IMG/VR virus record: IMGVR_UViG_3300049460_000134
Coordinates: 51,556 to 115,555 of that record
Length of the DNA stretch: 64,000 nt
Source of the DNA: a virus
Strand: one strand, 5' to 3'
The notes beneath the pieces are model-generated. The model made no database searches. It had not been told where the DNA came from and worked only from the letters and a program-made list of their open reading frames with translations. A program made the position numbers and the translations under genes. Shown piece by piece: positions 61,432 to 64,000 of this stretch. The number at the start of each line of letters is the position of its first letter. Positions within the stretch are counted from its first letter, which is position 1.

Positions 61432-64000
61432 ATGGCAATTAAGGTTGAACTGGAACTCGTAGACGGCTCTTTCACGACGCGCATGCTTCATGCCGGCGAG
61501 ACGGTAGCTCAGTTCAACAGGAACGTTGCGCGCTCCTCGCCAGAGCTGCGCCGGCTTGCCGCAGACGGTCAGTCCGTCGTTCGCTCCATTGGCAAGGCTG
61601 AAGAAGCCTCGCGCGGCTTCCTGGCGACCATGCGCGATGTCTCCATCGTCGTTGGCACCGCCTCGATCGCGCTTAACAAGCTCATCAACGTCCAGGACAC
61701 TTGGATCGGCTCGATCGTCAAGACGAACGCCGAATTCGAGCGCCTGGTCTATCTCATGCGTGGCATGTCTGACGCTGCAGATCCGGTCAAGGATGCGGCC
61801 AACCAGGTCAACTATCTCGTCGAGGCAGCCAAGAAGTCACCTTACTCGATGAACGCGCTGACACAGGCATTCGTCAAGCTGAAGGCGACTGGCACCGATC
61901 CGATGAACGGCTCGCTCCAGGCGCTCGAAGACGGTCTGGCTGCATTCGGTGGCAATGACGAATCTCTCCAGCGTGTCGCACTCGGTCTGTCGCAGATGTC
62001 TGGTAAAGGCGTCGTGCAGATGGAAGAACTCCGTCAGCAGCTCGCAGAAAGCATCCCATCGGCCATGAACCTCATGGCTCAGGCAATGGGCACCTCCGTT
62101 GCCACGCTGACGTCGCGGATCTCGACCGGCACGGTCACGGCTAAGGACGCCCTTGAGCAGTTCTATCGCCAGCTCGACCTGTCGTTCGGCGGTTCGGCTG
62201 CGCGCATGATGGACACATTCAACGGCCAGCTCACCATCCTGCAGTCCAACTGGCAGCAGTGGCAGCGCCAGGTCGGCGGCCTCGATGAAGAGACTGGTCT
62301 TGCTGCGAAGGGTGGTTTCTTCGATACGCTGACGACGAAGCTGCGCACCTTCAACGAAGCGCTCTCCGGTGTGAGCGGCCAGAACTTCGCACGCGAACTC
62401 GGCCAGGATCTAACTTCGCTCCTGAACGTGCTGACCGCTGTCATCACGAAGGCCTGGGAGTGGCGCGACGTCATCGTCACGGTTGCTGGTCTGACGATCT
62501 TCGGCAAGACGATGGCCGCCGGTGGTCGCGCTTTCATCGGCATGATCGACAACCTGAAGGCATCGCTGACGATGTATCAGGCGACGATGGCGAACTCTGT
62601 TCGTGCCGCAAATCTTTTGGCGGCCGCGCAGGATAGGGCAGGGGTCTCCGCAGCAAGTCTCGGCCGCCTGGCTGAAATGCGTGCCGCTTACGGTCTGCGC
62701 GCGCTCATGGGACTGGCCGGTTCGCTCGCTGGTCCGCTCGGCCTGCTCGGTATCGGAATTCTCGCTGTCGCCGATCACTTCGACCTCTTCGGTCGCAAGG
62801 CAAAGGGTGCGATTGAGGAGCTGCGCGAATTCGGCCGCGCATCGAACGAGCAGCTTGGTCTGGCACAGAAGTTTGTCGAAGGCCAGCAGCAGAAGCTTGC
62901 CAACCTCTATGGCATTCGTGATCGCGCCGTTCGCGCCGCCAAGAACTTTGGCCTGACGCCGGCTCAGGACGAAGCGAACGTCAAGCAGGCGCTGATCGAG
63001 TTCGAAAAGGAATACGGCGACGAGGTTCGTCAGATAGAAGCTCAGCTCTCCAAGGACCGCCAGTCGATCAACAAGGCGCGCATCTTCAACATGGAAGAAG
63101 ATGGCCGCAAGTATGTCGAGGATCAGATCCGCGAACTCGATCGCACGCTCGCCGTCGAACAGGTTGCCTACCGCAAGCGCCAGGAGCAGTTCGCCAAGGA
63201 CGCGGAGGCTCGCCGCGCCAACATGAAGACCTCCGGCGAATCCGCCGCGAAGATCGAAGAAGATCTGAACGAGCGCCTCTTCAAGAACAGCAAGGAATGG
63301 CTGGAGACGCAGGCAAAGACGGTGTCGAGCTATATCGACAGCCTGAACGCCAAGGCCAACAAGGGTCCGCTGACGCAGGGCGACACTGCACTCCTCGATA
63401 CCATGCTGCAGAAGATGGAAGAGATCCGTCAAAAGCAGGCGCAGCTCCGACCTGGCTTCATCCCGAATAGCGGCAAGGGTGACACCACCGCTCAGGATCT
63501 CGCGAAGGCGCAGAAGCAGCTTGCGGATGTGAAGGGTGATGTGAAGTCGCTCGGCGAACAGCTTTACACGGCCAACAAGGAACTCGCGGACTTCCAGGGC
63601 AAGTTCGCGCAGGGCGCCTTTGGCGACCAGTCGGTTACGGAAGTTCGGGAACTGAACGCTGCTATGACCGAGCAGCTCACCATCAAGAAGGCGCTCGATG
63701 ACGTTGTCGAGGGCAAGAAGGATATCGAGAAGGATCTCGAGAGCGCCCGTATCAAGCTGATCCAGGAGCGCATGGAGCTCCAGTCGAAGGCAATGGGTCG
63801 CGAGCTGACTGAAGGCGAGAAGATCGCCATGCAGATCAAGGAGGGATACTACAAGGGCTTCGGCAAGAACTCTCCGGCTCTGGATGCGATCAAGCTCACC
63901 AATCAGGGCTTGAACCTACAGGCACGCCAGGCGACCAACGCCGGCGATATCATGCGCCGCAACCTCTTCGGTCAGCAGACCGTCGGTCGCATCCAGACTG
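61432..64000 (+). CDS. Tape measure protein (truncated by window end)
   Basis: AAGGA SD and ATG at 61432; QMSGKGVVQMEELRQQL motif; Ala-rich helical sequence. Confidence 0.9.
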   Translation, partial: MAIKVELELVDGSFTTRMLHAGETVAQFNRNVARSSPELRRLAADGQSVVRSIGKAEEASRGFLATMRDVSIVVGTASIALNKLINVQDTWIGSIVKTNAEFERLVYLMRGMSDAADPVKDAANQVNYLVEAAKKSPYSMNALTQAFVKLKATGTDPMNGSLQALEDGLAAFGGNDESLQRVALGLSQMSGKGVVQMEELRQQLAESIPSAMNLMAQAMGTSVATLTSRISTGTVTAKDALEQFYRQLDLSFGGSAARMMDTFNGQLTILQSNWQQWQRQVGGLDEETGLAAKGGFFDTLTTKLRTFNEALSGVSGQNFARELGQDLTSLLNVLTAVITKAWEWRDVIVTVAGLTIFGKTMAAGGRAFIGMIDNLKASLTMYQATMANSVRAANLLAAAQDRAGVSAASLGRLAEMRAAYGLRALMGLAGSLAGPLGLLGIGILAVADHFDLFGRKAKGAIEELREFGRASNEQLGLAQKFVEGQQQKLANLYGIRDRAVRAAKNFGLTPAQDEANVKQALIEFEKEYGDEVRQIEAQLSKDRQSINKARIFNMEEDGRKYVEDQIRELDRTLAVEQVAYRKRQEQFAKDAEARRANMKTSGESAAKIEEDLNERLFKNSKEWLETQAKTVSSYIDSLNAKANKGPLTQGDTALLDTMLQKMEEIRQKQAQLRPGFIPNSGKGDTTAQDLAKAQKQLADVKGDVKSLGEQLYTANKELADFQGKFAQGAFGDQSVTEVRELNAAMTEQLTIKKALDDVVEGKKDIEKDLESARIKLIQERMELQSKAMGRELTEGEKIAMQIKEGYYKGFGKNSPALDAIKLTNQGLNLQARQATNAGDIMRRNLFGQQTVGRIQT

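Overview
A 64-kb segment (GC-rich, roughly 60% by eye) of a large tailed-phage genome, most likely an SSU5/pHCM2-like siphoviral phage-plasmid of a Rhizobiales host. The host and lifestyle are inferred from the gene order, a ParA plus RHH partition pair, a DUF982-like gene and CtrA boxes. Layout: nucleotide metabolism and recombination genes (RuvC-like, nrdB/nrdA/grx, thyA, dut, rIIA/rIIB, HNHs; 0.1-15 kb); a long run of small early or accessory genes (15-34 kb); an unusual, mostly non-coding control region (34.9-40 kb); partition, kinase and helicase genes (41-46 kb); a ParB/ParB/ABC-ATPase/Mom-like GNAT module (46-50 kb); and terminase, portal, scaffold, capsid, neck, tail and tape-measure genes (50-64 kb). 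Most notable signals: (1) a 1.4-kb island almost free of GG/CC except GGTG, containing a paralog with almost no Gly/Pro/Trp, with 10-bp-phased CCNNGG arrays nearby and GG/CC-free early promoters, which suggests a GG/CC-targeted virion DNA modification; (2) eight unrelated small proteins sharing a C-terminal (Y)xxLPN[YFW]GRF-stop tag; (3) a DfrB/R67-like DHFR domain fused to ThyA; (4) 31 copies of a 22-bp palindromic operator; (5) candidate structured ncRNAs; and (6) Acb2-like and Tad2-like anti-defence genes. All family calls come from motif recognition by eye; no database searches were run.
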